Source: a virus (Duplodnaviria; Caudoviricetes). Taken from it: 64,000 nt of DNA. The notes beneath the pieces were generated by a model that was not told the DNA's origin, did no database searches, and saw only the letters and a list, made by a program, of their open reading frames with translations. Shown here piece after piece: positions 1 to 10,103 of this stretch. The position numbers and the translations under genes were made by a program. The stretch lies in the IMG/VR virus record IMGVR_UViG_3300042866_001263. The stretch is one strand, 5' to 3'. Within the stretch, counting starts at the first letter, position 1. Each line of letters begins with the position of its first letter.

Positions 1-1
1 G

Positions 2-2053
2 AATAAAGGCACAACATCATTACCAGAACTTAGTTTTGTCGGTCAAGTCAATTCACCGATCAAGCTTCGTGTGCTTGATGATAACACACTATCCTTTGAG
101 GGTTCTGCTGGTCAGTTATTTTCAATCAACAACAACCTAACCGCTGGAACAATCTTTGCAGTTTCTGATGTTTCTGGTGTTCCTGGATTATCTTATGATG
201 CTAATGGAGCATTAAAATTAACTCCGTTTAATGGAGTTACGATGGTTGGTGGCACAACCACCACATCGTCAAACAAACTAGTAGTTGTAAAACCCAACGC
301 AGGAACAAGTTACTCTTTAGCAATTCAAGTTAATAGTGGTATTGTTGACGGTCAATATGATGGTATTGCCTTCACTCAAGGTGCTGATGGATCTGCTCCA
401 TTAGGTGGTATTCGTGTAGAATATAAATCTAATGGGTCACCTGATTTAGGTTTTTATACAAGAAGTGGTGCTTCAACAGAGAGTAGAAAACTTTTAATTT
501 ATAATGGTGGTAACGTTTCAGTTGGTGGAGATTTTGCTAACTATTCTCGTCTTAATGTTATTGGTGGTTCTGGTATTACCATTAGAGCTGATAGTTCATC
601 AACTAGCAATAGATACATTTATTTTAGACAAGCACCAAATGATTACGGTTTCCGTATTACACAAGATGATGCTTCCGTTGGTATGCTTTTCTTCCGAGCA
701 GTTGATGCTGGAAATGATACTAACCCATTAATTACTTTAGATAGACCAAACTTAAGAGTTGGTATTGGTCAATCCTGGAGCACAACAACAAGACCTGGAT
801 ATACCCTTGATGTTAATGGAGACATCAACTTCTCTGGTAACCTTTATCAGGGTGGTTCTATCTTCAAAACTCTACCAACTCAAACTGCCACAACTGATGG
901 TTCGGTCCTCAGAACACGCTGGAACTCAGCAACATCAGCATATGAAGCATACTGGACACACGATCTAGATGCTAACTATCGTCTAGAGAACCCAGATCAG
1001 TGGTCATTCCGTTATATCATCAACAGAGGTTATACAGTTGCTGGTTATCAAAATGCTAATCCATGGAGAAATGGCAATAGAACTTCACACCCATCAGACG
1101 TAACAATTTCTATTGGAGACGTTATTGACTACTCTGCTGCTTATATTGGCGGTTCACATAACGGCGTAAATCTATTTGTATATAATTGCGCCAACTCTTG
1201 GTTGCCAGCTTCTGCTGCAACTTGTTCCATGAGCATGATTACTGAGACGAACAGAGGTCTAAACTCATCATGGAATGATACAAGGGCACGTTCGTATTCT
1301 GGAGCATGGATTGACTTTATGGGTAACCAGTGGAGAACAAATGCTGGCAGAAATAGAGCATATATTAGTTCTGGTAATGGCAATACATCACGTCATGATC
1401 TGAATACAGAGGCGATGATTGCTGAAATTGGTGGCACTATTTCTTATGTTTCTCACGCAGAAGGAGAATATTTTGCTTGGGTTTCTCAAGGTCAAAATAG
1501 ATTTGAGTTCTCGACAGAAACGTTTACAGCATGGTCAAGTTACTCCCCAGCTCCTGGATGTGATGGAATTAACAAGCACCAAGCAACACGTATTGGTTTC
1601 TTCTATTGTTCAGAAGGTGGCAACACAGATAGAAACGTAACGAAGAGAAGAGATAGTGATGCTGTTATTCTAAGATCTGGCATTATTAAACCAGAAACTG
1701 GAGGAGAAGAAAACCTACATACTGGTATGAATAAAGGATATTGTATTTCAAACTACAATTATGCTCAGAATAACAACGCTTGGATTTACCAATATTATAA
1801 TGATGTTATCCGTTTTGCTGATGGAACACTCACATACCGCAAAGGAATTCCTGGTGCTTCTTCTGGAACTGGTCAAGAAGGTGGAGATATGATGGGCGCT
1901 GGCGTACCACCAAGAACTTACATGACTTATGCTGGTGGTCAACAAGCTGCTCCTGGCACAGTTGTGTATGGTGGATCTACTGGTGCCACTCAACTTGGTG
2001 GTGCGGCAGTTACTGATGGTGCTGGTGCTACTGGTGGAATTGGAACTTACTAA
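2..2053 (+). CDS. Tail-fibre-like virion structural protein, 5'-truncated
   Basis: Frame is open from position 2 (NKGTTSLPELSFVG...). Contains the cyanophage fibre motifs LSFEGSAGQLFSINNNL and YTLDVNGDINFSGNLYQGG, is Gly/Ser/Thr-rich, and is followed by a fibre-chaperone-like gene. Confidence 0.7.
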   Translation, partial: NKGTTSLPELSFVGQVNSPIKLRVLDDNTLSFEGSAGQLFSINNNLTAGTIFAVSDVSGVPGLSYDANGALKLTPFNGVTMVGGTTTTSSNKLVVVKPNAGTSYSLAIQVNSGIVDGQYDGIAFTQGADGSAPLGGIRVEYKSNGSPDLGFYTRSGASTESRKLLIYNGGNVSVGGDFANYSRLNVIGGSGITIRADSSSTSNRYIYFRQAPNDYGFRITQDDASVGMLFFRAVDAGNDTNPLITLDRPNLRVGIGQSWSTTTRPGYTLDVNGDINFSGNLYQGGSIFKTLPTQTATTDGSVLRTRWNSATSAYEAYWTHDLDANYRLENPDQWSFRYIINRGYTVAGYQNANPWRNGNRTSHPSDVTISIGDVIDYSAAYIGGSHNGVNLFVYNCANSWLPASAATCSMSMITETNRGLNSSWNDTRARSYSGAWIDFMGNQWRTNAGRNRAYISSGNGNTSRHDLNTEAMIAEIGGTISYVSHAEGEYFAWVSQGQNRFEFSTETFTAWSSYSPAPGCDGINKHQATRIGFFYCSEGGNTDRNVTKRRDSDAVILRSGIIKPETGGEENLHTGMNKGYCISNYNYAQNNNAWIYQYYNDVIRFADGTLTYRKGIPGASSGTGQEGGDMMGAGVPPRTYMTYAGGQQAAPGTVVYGGSTGATQLGGAAVTDGAGATGGIGTY

Positions 2054-2064
2054 TAGGAACTAAA

Positions 2065-2856
2065 ATGGAAAGAGTTTATTACTTAACAAAAGACACTTCA
2101 ACTTTTACTATCATTTACGATTTACGAGTTCTCCGTTCTTTATTGAATTGGTATGCGGTTTCTATGCCAATTACTGAAGAAGGAATGTTTAAGGAGATAG
2201 TAAAGGGTAAGTATTACCCAATGGATCCAATTACTGGTTTCAAAGGATTTAAAACATTTGCTGATATTAGAGATAAGATTAAAATTGTAGAACAAGAAGC
2301 AAATGGTGAAGTAGTAGCGTTCCAATCAGAAGGTGTTTATAATTCTATAGGAGACGAACCAATACCAGGAGTTAAAAAAATTGTATTGGAAATGGATGCT
2401 GAGCGAACAAATGCTGTTATTAATGCTATGAGAATTGTAGCGAAAGCAGTAATAGAAGAAGAGTTTGATAAAAGATTTATGGAACTCGATACATCATCTC
2501 AGATGGAAAGTATGTCATTTGAATTACAATATGAAGAGGCACTACTATACATTAACGACAATGATGCCGATGTTCCATTATTGAAAGCTCTAGCAGAGAC
2601 AAGGGAAATAACCGTAGAAGAAATGGCAAATAAAGTAGTTTCTGCTAGAAGTTCATACAAACAAAAAATTACTACATTATTGAAGCGAATGACTGAGGTT
2701 AAAGGTAAATTCAAAAATGCCAATACCATCAGAGATCTAAATAGATTATATGAGGATTGTTTTAATATTGCCATGCCCGAAAGTCAAGCAATTGAAGAGG
2801 GAAGAGTGGTAGATTTTAAAAGAGTAGTTCCCGTAGGTATTGGTCTGAGATTTTAA
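2065..2856 (+). CDS. Putative tail-fibre assembly chaperone
   Basis: C-terminal Q-x2-EA...VPLLKALAETR...EMANKV pattern resembles tail-fibre assembly proteins; directly downstream of the fibre gene; AGGA RBS. Confidence 0.5.
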   Translation: MERVYYLTKDTSTFTIIYDLRVLRSLLNWYAVSMPITEEGMFKEIVKGKYYPMDPITGFKGFKTFADIRDKIKIVEQEANGEVVAFQSEGVYNSIGDEPIPGVKKIVLEMDAERTNAVINAMRIVAKAVIEEEFDKRFMELDTSSQMESMSFELQYEEALLYINDNDADVPLLKALAETREITVEEMANKVVSARSSYKQKITTLLKRMTEVKGKFKNANTIRDLNRLYEDCFNIAMPESQAIEEGRVVDFKRVVPVGIGLRF

Positions 2857-2871
2857 TTTTTGGAGATTGTT

Positions 2872-3615
2872 ATGTTAAGTAAAGAAACCATTTTAGCAAA
2901 TGCTACGCAGTTTGCTACTGGACAAACTGATTATCAAAATGATAACTTTGTAATGAATTCCCATGTTACAAAGTATCGCCAAGTTCGTCAAGCTCTCTTA
3001 GAAATTGAAAACAGATATCATGGTATCAAAAAAATTAAACTTGATGTTCGCAGGGACGAGATAAAAATAAAGGCACTTGAAAGAGATTTAGAAAAGTGTG
3101 AGGACGAATTAGAAATAGAACTAATCAGATTGGATATAGAAGAACTACAATCTGATAATGATATTCGTAAAAGGAAACTACATAGACAAGAACAAGAAAT
3201 AGATGTTTTTGTCAAAAGAGTTCAAGAAGAAGTAGAAAGCGAAGAAGATATCCAAAGATATTTTGATCAAGACCCAGAGGAAGAAAGAAAGTATTGGATT
3301 GCTCGAATGGGCAAACAGGCTGCTATGGATATTCTTTCGTTTGGAAGAATTAGTACAGGAAATTTGGATTCGATTGCTATGCTTCCAGAAGAAGAGCAAT
3401 TACAAATTCTTTCCATTGGTTTCCAATATTCAAATCTTCTTGGCGGTCAGTTAGCAAAAATCGAAGGTAAGACAAGAGAATATACACAACAACTTTTATC
3501 TGATGCCAACAATCTTCATCTACCAACGTTTGAAGGTATTGAGGATAACATGGAATTGAAGATGATTAATTCACTCAAGGAAATTGTGGAGCAAAAGAAA
3601 CTGAACGGAAATTGA
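2872..3615 (+). CDS. Coiled-coil hypothetical protein of the fibre module
   Basis: GGAG at 2862-2865 precedes ATG 2872; long charged heptad region. Confidence 0.75.
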   Translation: MLSKETILANATQFATGQTDYQNDNFVMNSHVTKYRQVRQALLEIENRYHGIKKIKLDVRRDEIKIKALERDLEKCEDELEIELIRLDIEELQSDNDIRKRKLHRQEQEIDVFVKRVQEEVESEEDIQRYFDQDPEEERKYWIARMGKQAAMDILSFGRISTGNLDSIAMLPEEEQLQILSIGFQYSNLLGGQLAKIEGKTREYTQQLLSDANNLHLPTFEGIEDNMELKMINSLKEIVEQKKLNGN

Positions 3616-3617
3616 AA

Positions 3618-4370
3618 ATGAATGAGAATTTTTGGGATTATAGTGCGATTGAAAAGAAGATTGAATTAAATAACGTCCATAGTATTTTTTCAATACCATT
3701 ATTTGAAGGCACTATCATGGTTTCAAATCAAGATGAAATCATGAGCGATTTGAAAACAAAATACAATTCTTTAGGTGAAGGAGACGAACTGCTATCATCA
3801 ACTGGTTCTACACTCACTCCACTAAAGGCAGAGGAACAAAAAAATGTTTCAGTAAGAAATAGAATTTCCTACTATAGTGAAGACACTTTACACGAACAAG
3901 AACTTTACAAAGAGCTGACTGTTGCTGTTGAAAAAGTAGCGCAGGATATGTTTGATCTTTATGAATACGATTGTATTACACCACACGTAGTTACGATGTG
4001 GGGAAATGTGTTGGGTCAGCAGGGATACATCCATGCTCATTCCCATAGCAATTCTATGTTCTCTGGTGTTTGGTATCCAGAAGATCCCCCAGAAACTGAA
4101 GAGGGTTCTTTATCAAATTATATAAAATTTATTGATCCGACTAGAATTAAATTTTTCTACATGCCACAGATTAAGAAGAAAAATTCTCTTAACTCTGGTG
4201 AGATATTCATTAAACCAAGGAAAGGAATGTGTTTAATATTTCCATCGTGGTTAGAGCATGATACTATTGCAAATGAAAATCCTTTCGTTCAACGTTATAG
4301 TATTTCATTCAATATTTTTCCCAAAGGAATTTTGGGATATCCAAATTCACTAAATCGCCTTACGTTATGA
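3618..4370 (+). CDS. 2OG-Fe(II) oxygenase (TIGR02466-like)
   Basis: HSH...SGVWY...FPSWLEH...RYSISFN motifs. Confidence 0.85.
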   Translation: MNENFWDYSAIEKKIELNNVHSIFSIPLFEGTIMVSNQDEIMSDLKTKYNSLGEGDELLSSTGSTLTPLKAEEQKNVSVRNRISYYSEDTLHEQELYKELTVAVEKVAQDMFDLYEYDCITPHVVTMWGNVLGQQGYIHAHSHSNSMFSGVWYPEDPPETEEGSLSNYIKFIDPTRIKFFYMPQIKKKNSLNSGEIFIKPRKGMCLIFPSWLEHDTIANENPFVQRYSISFNIFPKGILGYPNSLNRLTL

Positions 4371-5017
4371 GCACTCTTGAAATATTCCCAGAAGCTATTG
4401 GGAAGTATTCTTTTGATTATGAAAGTAGAATTAAAATTAAAGATCTTTGTTTTGATATAATCAAAAGAAATTCTTTTTCTAAGAATAAAGATAGTAATAA
4501 TTTATACCACTATTGTAATACCAACAAAGAAAATTTATTAAATCTGGAGCAGTTTAAATGGTTTGAAGAAAAGATCTCAACATTTGCTGCCGACTATATC
4601 GAAAATATTTTAGGATATGAGTTAAAAGATGGTGTTGTAATTACAGACTGCTGGATGAATTTATGCCAAAATAATGGTGATCAGTTTTTACACAATCATG
4701 GCAACTCATTTATTTCTGGAACATACTATGTCAATTTTAATCCAGATGTTCATGGCAAATTAAAATTTCAGAATAAAAATATGATGTCTGGAATGAACTC
4801 TGCTCCTTATCTAGAATTAACAATTAAAAAGAATACAAAATACAACTCTGGAGGAGCAATAATGAATTATAATGAAGGCGATGTATTGCTATGGCAATCA
4901 CATTTAATTCATGGATATAGTGGTAATAATTCAGACAATCGCATTAGCATCTCATTTAATATTATGCCCAAACATTTTTATAATAATTCATATTCATTTA
5001 AGGTGGTGAGAGAATGA
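4367..5017 (+). CDS. 2OG-Fe(II) oxygenase (TIGR02466-like)
   Basis: HNH...SGTYY...LIHG...RISISFN motifs; ATGA overlap with the previous gene. Confidence 0.85.
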   Translation: MSTLEIFPEAIGKYSFDYESRIKIKDLCFDIIKRNSFSKNKDSNNLYHYCNTNKENLLNLEQFKWFEEKISTFAADYIENILGYELKDGVVITDCWMNLCQNNGDQFLHNHGNSFISGTYYVNFNPDVHGKLKFQNKNMMSGMNSAPYLELTIKKNTKYNSGGAIMNYNEGDVLLWQSHLIHGYSGNNSDNRISISFNIMPKHFYNNSYSFKVVRE

Positions 5018-5682
5018 TATTAATAGAAAGTGATTATCTCGAAAGAGTTTGTCAAATTAATCCAGAGGCAAAGATCGAAGACGTTGTATACGATGGGGTT
5101 AAGTTTAAGTGTATCAGAAACTTTCTTAAAAATCCAGAAGAGTACATCGAGTTAATACAACAATTTCCAGCAACTAGAGATCACACATATTCTCCTGGTT
5201 TCAGACAAGACATCCCACCATGGGTAGCTAAATTTATTACCCTGTATATTCAAGAACATGTGGGTCAATGGAAACCTGCTAGGGTTTCTTGTAACATTTA
5301 CAGTGGTAATATGCTAATGAAAGAGCATTCTAATTTACCACATTCAGATCCATTCTATGGTATTTGGAATTTATGGTTAAACAAAAAATGTTTAGGTGGA
5401 ACTGCTTTTTGGGCACATAAAAATAAGTTGCATGTTAGTGAGTTGTCAGAAGAAGAATATAATTACTTATTTGATAAACCATTAAATGGTTCTGGTTACG
5501 AAACTTGGAAAAACTTTAAAGGAGATGAGGACTGGAAGATGACATGTATTGCTCCCATGGAGTATAACACACTTCTCTTCTATAATGGTGGATTTTTTCA
5601 TTCTCCATGGATCCAAGAAAGCTGGTATTTAGATGAGTATAGATACAGTATGGTTGGCATGGGAGATTTTGAAAATGTTTAG
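5014..5682 (+). CDS. 2OG-Fe(II) oxygenase (DUF6445-like)
   Basis: PHSD...GGTAFW...YNTLLFYNG..FHSP...RY motifs; ATGA overlap. Confidence 0.75.
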   Translation: MILIESDYLERVCQINPEAKIEDVVYDGVKFKCIRNFLKNPEEYIELIQQFPATRDHTYSPGFRQDIPPWVAKFITLYIQEHVGQWKPARVSCNIYSGNMLMKEHSNLPHSDPFYGIWNLWLNKKCLGGTAFWAHKNKLHVSELSEEEYNYLFDKPLNGSGYETWKNFKGDEDWKMTCIAPMEYNTLLFYNGGFFHSPWIQESWYLDEYRYSMVGMGDFENV

Positions 5683-7366
5683 TTTACCAATTAATCCAAA
5701 GATCGATGAGAACTTCGCTAATAATATTCTCATTCCTTTTCTAAAAAAATACAAGCAATACATCTTTGACTTATATTTCACTTGTCGTATGCCTCCCTTT
5801 ATGCAGGATGCCATGGGTGATGTGTTCGAAGATGACTTGAGACAGACAACCTTTAATGCATTATACATTCAAAAGCAAACTGGTATTCCTCTGTCTGCTA
5901 CGTTCAACAATCCTTATGTAAGACCAACCCAAGAAAATTTGGATTTGTTTATCAATAACTTCAAATACATCTATGAAGCTGGTGTTAGAACAGTAACTCT
6001 TCCACACACTTCATGGATGCTTACTGGGCAAATTCAAAAGGAGATGCCAGAACTTTATATCAAGAATACTATTCTACATGAAGTCACAAAGGCAAATGAT
6101 ATTGTCTCGCTTGCTAAAGCAGGTTTTAATTACATCAACCTCGATAGAGATTTGATGAGAGATCAAGACCAACTCAGGCGTCTCAAGGAAGCAAAAGAGT
6201 ATTGTGCTTCTATCGGAAAACCAGTTAAGTTCTCTATGCTTGCTAATGAAGGATGCTGGGGTGGATGCCCTATCATGCCAGAGCATTACCACTATAATAA
6301 CACAAGAGAGAACCACGAACCACCATACTTTGGTAACATCATCAGTCGTGTATCTTGTGCTAAGTGGGAACAGCAAGATAGTTCTGCTGTCCTGAAATCA
6401 TCTAATCTACCACCCTGGAAAAAAGATTGGGAAGAGATGTTTGATCTAGGCATCGATGTTTTCAAACTACATGGCAGAGAAAGTGTCATGCGTCTTAGGG
6501 AAAGTATGGATATCATTGAACGTTGGGCGAAAGATGAAGAACTGCTGTTCCCAGAACTCAATACCTATATCCAAGATAAGAGTTTGAATGAAAGACCTAT
6601 TGATATCTGGCGTGAGAAGATCAAAACTTGTAAGTTTGATTGCTGGGACTGTAACTACTGCGAGGCAGTAATTGACGCTCACCACAAGAAGCAAGATAGA
6701 GTAGTTCATCCATTAGTTACTCTAACACTTGACGCTATTGATAAATCTGCTACTGGAGACACTAAGTTCGATCCACAAGGATTTAATATCGAAGGTTTAT
6801 CTTCTGATAGAGTAAGACATTTTCTCAATCACCTATGTTCTGATCCAAAGAATACTTATTTGGAAATTGGATGTTATACGGGCAGCACATACTTTGCTGC
6901 TATTATGGGAAACAATATTGTTTCATATGCTGTCGATAACTTTGCAGCACCCATATCACCAGCTAGAGATGACATCGAATGGAAAGGATCTAAGGATCCC
7001 AAGGCAGAACTTGCAAGAAATAATGTCTTGTTCGGCAGTTTAAAATCTGCTATAATTGATGTGGATGCGAGACAATTAACTCAGTCTCACTTCTCAAAAA
7101 AACCCAACATCATATTCTATGATGGAGAGCACGATGAACAGCAAATAGATTGTCTGAATAATCTATTACCCAATCTACCAGATACATTTATTTTGGTTTT
7201 GGATGATGCTAATTTTGATGGAGTTATCCGTAATGGGGAAAAATTTATAGGTATAAATAACCTACAGGTTCTATTTGAAAGGCAAATCATAACGCCTCAG
7301 ATAGAAGATGCCGCCAGTTGGTGGAATGGATTAGCAGTTTATGTTTTAACTAAAAAGGAGATTTGA
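5675..7366 (+). CDS. U32-family (Fe-S hydroxylase-like) domain fused to a class I SAM methyltransferase
   Basis: N-terminal half: NEGCWGGCP, SCAKW, FKLHGRE (KIEGR-like) and CKFDCWDCNYC. C-terminal half: YLEIGCYTGST, YAVDNF, IFYDGEH and VLDD (Methyltransf_24-like). GGGAG RBS before ATG 5675. Confidence 0.65.
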   Translation: MFSLPINPKIDENFANNILIPFLKKYKQYIFDLYFTCRMPPFMQDAMGDVFEDDLRQTTFNALYIQKQTGIPLSATFNNPYVRPTQENLDLFINNFKYIYEAGVRTVTLPHTSWMLTGQIQKEMPELYIKNTILHEVTKANDIVSLAKAGFNYINLDRDLMRDQDQLRRLKEAKEYCASIGKPVKFSMLANEGCWGGCPIMPEHYHYNNTRENHEPPYFGNIISRVSCAKWEQQDSSAVLKSSNLPPWKKDWEEMFDLGIDVFKLHGRESVMRLRESMDIIERWAKDEELLFPELNTYIQDKSLNERPIDIWREKIKTCKFDCWDCNYCEAVIDAHHKKQDRVVHPLVTLTLDAIDKSATGDTKFDPQGFNIEGLSSDRVRHFLNHLCSDPKNTYLEIGCYTGSTYFAAIMGNNIVSYAVDNFAAPISPARDDIEWKGSKDPKAELARNNVLFGSLKSAIIDVDARQLTQSHFSKKPNIIFYDGEHDEQQIDCLNNLLPNLPDTFILVLDDANFDGVIRNGEKFIGINNLQVLFERQIITPQIEDAASWWNGLAVYVLTKKEI

Positions 7367-7371
7367 TTACT

Positions 7372-7563
7372 ATGGCAACCGATACCGCAACACTGAAAGA
7401 AAATTTCACTACTCAACTTACTAACGTTGACGCTCAGATTGTCAAACTAGAAGAAGAACTAGCAAAAGCAAAGGAATACAAACTCAAGCTTCAAGGTGGT
7501 CTAGAAACTCTAGAACTTCTCACTCCAACTGAAGAAGCACCTGCCGAAGCAGCAGCAGAATAA
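7372..7563 (+). CDS. Small coiled-coil hypothetical protein
   Basis: AAGGAG RBS at 7355-7360; heptad pattern. Confidence 0.75.
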   Translation: MATDTATLKENFTTQLTNVDAQIVKLEEELAKAKEYKLKLQGGLETLELLTPTEEAPAEAAAE

Positions 7564-7569
7564 TCCCAG

Positions 7570-7605
7570 ATCCCTTCTTACTAAATATGTAAGAAGGGAT
7601 TTTTT
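7570..7605 (+). terminator. Intrinsic terminator with late promoter core TAAATA (7582-7587) in its loop
   Basis: ATCCCTTCTTAC-TAAATAT-GTAAGAAGGGAT followed by TTTTT (12-bp perfect stem). Confidence 0.85.
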
Positions 7606-7612
7606 GTGTCTA

Positions 7613-8413
7613 ATGGCATCTCCAAACAGCAGGGCTTCTCTCATCACATATTGTAAGAGACAACTGGGAGAGCCAGTCCTCCAAATCAATATTGATGACG
7701 AGCAAGTAAGTAACGTTATTGACGACACCATACAGTTTTTCCAAGAGAACTGCTACAACGGTATGGAGCGTTGCTACCTACGCCACGAGATGAATGCTGC
7801 AGATAAAGCAAGATTATCCGATAAGATCACAACTTTAAATGGGACCACTAGCTGGGAAGAAGCAACAAATTATATCCCAATCCCAGATCATATTGTGGGT
7901 GTTAGTAAAGTATTTGGAATGGTTGGAAATAGCATTCGCAGCAATCTATTTGGTATCGAATATCAGATCTTCCTTAATGACCTCTACGCTTTTGGATCTC
8001 TCGATATTCTAAACTACTTCATGACAAAGCAGTATCTAGAAACTCTAGATATGATCCTAAACAACGGATCATTCCAGCAGTTCAGATATACGATGCGTCG
8101 TGATCGTCTGTATCTAGATATTGACAAAGACTTCTTACAAGAGGGCCAGTGGTTATTGATTGAGGCACACCGCCTTGTCAATCCAAATGATGCAACAGAA
8201 ATGTATAACGATATGTTCGTGAAGCGTTATGCTACTGCTCTTATGAAAAAGCAGTGGGGACAAAATCTCATCAAATACAATAACGTTCAACTGCCTGGTG
8301 GTATTACACTGAATGGCAGACAGTTGTATGAAGATGCTATCGCTGAGATTGAAAAGATCGAAAGCGAAGTGCTAAGTAAGTATGCAGAACCACCTATGGA
8401 TATGATCGGATAA
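7613..8413 (+). CDS. gp13: Neck protein
   Basis: YCKRQLGEPVLQINID...KKQWGQNLIKY..VQLPGGITLNG; synteny. Confidence 0.95.
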   Translation: MASPNSRASLITYCKRQLGEPVLQINIDDEQVSNVIDDTIQFFQENCYNGMERCYLRHEMNAADKARLSDKITTLNGTTSWEEATNYIPIPDHIVGVSKVFGMVGNSIRSNLFGIEYQIFLNDLYAFGSLDILNYFMTKQYLETLDMILNNGSFQQFRYTMRRDRLYLDIDKDFLQEGQWLLIEAHRLVNPNDATEMYNDMFVKRYATALMKKQWGQNLIKYNNVQLPGGITLNGRQLYEDAIAEIEKIESEVLSKYAEPPMDMIG

Positions 8414-8414
8414 G

Positions 8415-9299
8415 ATGCCTACCAGTCCTTATTTTCCCACCTACTACCAAGGTCATCCTGGCGAACAAAACCTAGCCCAGGATCTAGCAGACGAACAGAT
8501 CAAACTGTTTGGAACAGATATCTATTATCTTCCCAGAACCATGCTGAAAGATAATACGTTAGATGACATCATCTATTCCAAATATCAAGATCAATTCCAG
8601 ATTGAAATGCTACTACAGAATGTGGAAGGTTTTGGTGAGCAGTCAGAATTCATCAGTAAGTTTGGTGTTCAGATTACGGATGAGGTAAAGTTTATTGTCT
8701 CATCTAGAAGATGGGATCAGGCAGAGGCGCAGTACAATCCAACGCTTACTGTTCCTGGAAGACCTAATGATGGTGATTTATTATTCTTCCCACTCACTAC
8801 AGATATTTACGAAATCAAATTTGTAGAAAGAGAAACTCCATTCTACCAGTTTGGTAAAATCCAATTCTTTATTCTTACTGCTGAAATCTATAACGTCGGT
8901 AATGACTTTATCGATACTGGAGTTCCAGCAATTGACGAGATCGAAAATCTATTCAGTTCTGCAATTGCGATTACATTTGGTCCTGGTGGAACTGATACTT
9001 TTGAACCAGGAGAATTGGTAACTGGAGGAACAACTGGCACAGAAGCAGTTGTCAAGTCTTGGAACCCAACAACAAGAGTGCTTCAGGTCATTCATAGAAC
9101 TGGCACTTTTGCTACTGGCGAAACCGTAACTGGAGATGATAGTGGAGCTGTGTGGGTAGTTGGTACATTTGATACTCTAAATAATACCAACAGTCCATAC
9201 GATCAGAACAGAGAGATCGAAGATACCGCTGACGAAATCGTTGATTGGACTGAAAGAAACCCATTTGGTGAATTTGGAAATTATACAGGTAGCGTCTGA
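8415..9299 (+). CDS. gp14: Neck protein
   Basis: EQIKLFGTDIYYLPR, FISKFG, PNDGDLLFFP; synteny. Confidence 0.95.
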   Translation: MPTSPYFPTYYQGHPGEQNLAQDLADEQIKLFGTDIYYLPRTMLKDNTLDDIIYSKYQDQFQIEMLLQNVEGFGEQSEFISKFGVQITDEVKFIVSSRRWDQAEAQYNPTLTVPGRPNDGDLLFFPLTTDIYEIKFVERETPFYQFGKIQFFILTAEIYNVGNDFIDTGVPAIDEIENLFSSAIAITFGPGGTDTFEPGELVTGGTTGTEAVVKSWNPTTRVLQVIHRTGTFATGETVTGDDSGAVWVVGTFDTLNNTNSPYDQNREIEDTADEIVDWTERNPFGEFGNYTGSV

Positions 9300-10102
9300 T
9301 GTTAGGATCACATTTTTATAACGAGATTACCCGCAAGAATATTATTGCTTTTGGTACTCTCTTCAACAATATTACGTTGAGAAAGGTAGATCCAAATAAT
9401 GGAGATATTCTTGAGGAAGAAAAAGTACCTCTAGCATATGGTCCAAAACAAAAATTCCTTGCTCGCCTAGAACAGAACCCAGATGTAGGCAGAAAGGTAG
9501 GTATTACTTTGCCACGTCTCTATTTCGAGATGACAGGAATTGACTACGATGCTGCCCGTAAAACGTCTCCAATTCAAAAATACAAAACAATCATTGCTGA
9601 TAATGGTAGTGAGGTCAGAGTTCAGTATGTTCCTGTTCCTTATAATATGAGTTTTGAATTGGGTATCATATCCAAATCACAGGATGATGCCCTACAAATT
9701 ATTGAACAGATCCTACCATACTTCCAACCATCTTTCTCATTGACGCTCAACATGATCCCAGAGATGGATGAGAAGAAAGATGTTGCTATCGTTCTCAACG
9801 ATATCAGTTATGAAGATGAGTGGGAAGATGACTACATGCAACGTAGATACATTACTTACACACTAAGATTTACTGCCAAAACATACTTCTACGGTCCATA
9901 CAGTCAGTCCGATATTATCAAGAAAGCAATTGTTTACGAAACTCTTGGTGATGCTGCTGTTAGCAGAAGAACCATCAAGAGAACATATACTCCTGTTGCG
10001 ATCGAAGATGAGGATGGAGATAATGATGTAGATGCTCAGGATACAGCAATCCTAACTGCTGACGATAATTTTGGTTTCAACGAAGGTATAGAATTCTATT
10101 GA
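9299..10102 (+). CDS. gp15: Tail sheath stabiliser/terminator
   Basis: FYNEITRKNIIAFGTLFNNI, VPLAYGPKQKFLARL. Confidence 0.95.
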   Translation: MLGSHFYNEITRKNIIAFGTLFNNITLRKVDPNNGDILEEEKVPLAYGPKQKFLARLEQNPDVGRKVGITLPRLYFEMTGIDYDAARKTSPIQKYKTIIADNGSEVRVQYVPVPYNMSFELGIISKSQDDALQIIEQILPYFQPSFSLTLNMIPEMDEKKDVAIVLNDISYEDEWEDDYMQRRYITYTLRFTAKTYFYGPYSQSDIIKKAIVYETLGDAAVSRRTIKRTYTPVAIEDEDGDNDVDAQDTAILTADDNFGFNEGIEFY

Positions 10103-10103
10103 T

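Noticed and set aside
5633-5674. Longer upstream starts given by the track (also 7604, 12412, 21222, 32630, 35195, 39955, 49112, 58101)
   Set aside because: Downstream ATGs have better RBS or coupling and match the expected N-termini; the extensions overlap upstream genes or regulatory hairpins.
8970-9170. Internal repeat in gp14 (TFEPGELVTG / TFATGETVTG)
   Set aside because: As far as I recall this is an ordinary insertion module in cyanophage neck and baseplate proteins, so it is not treated as a separate finding.
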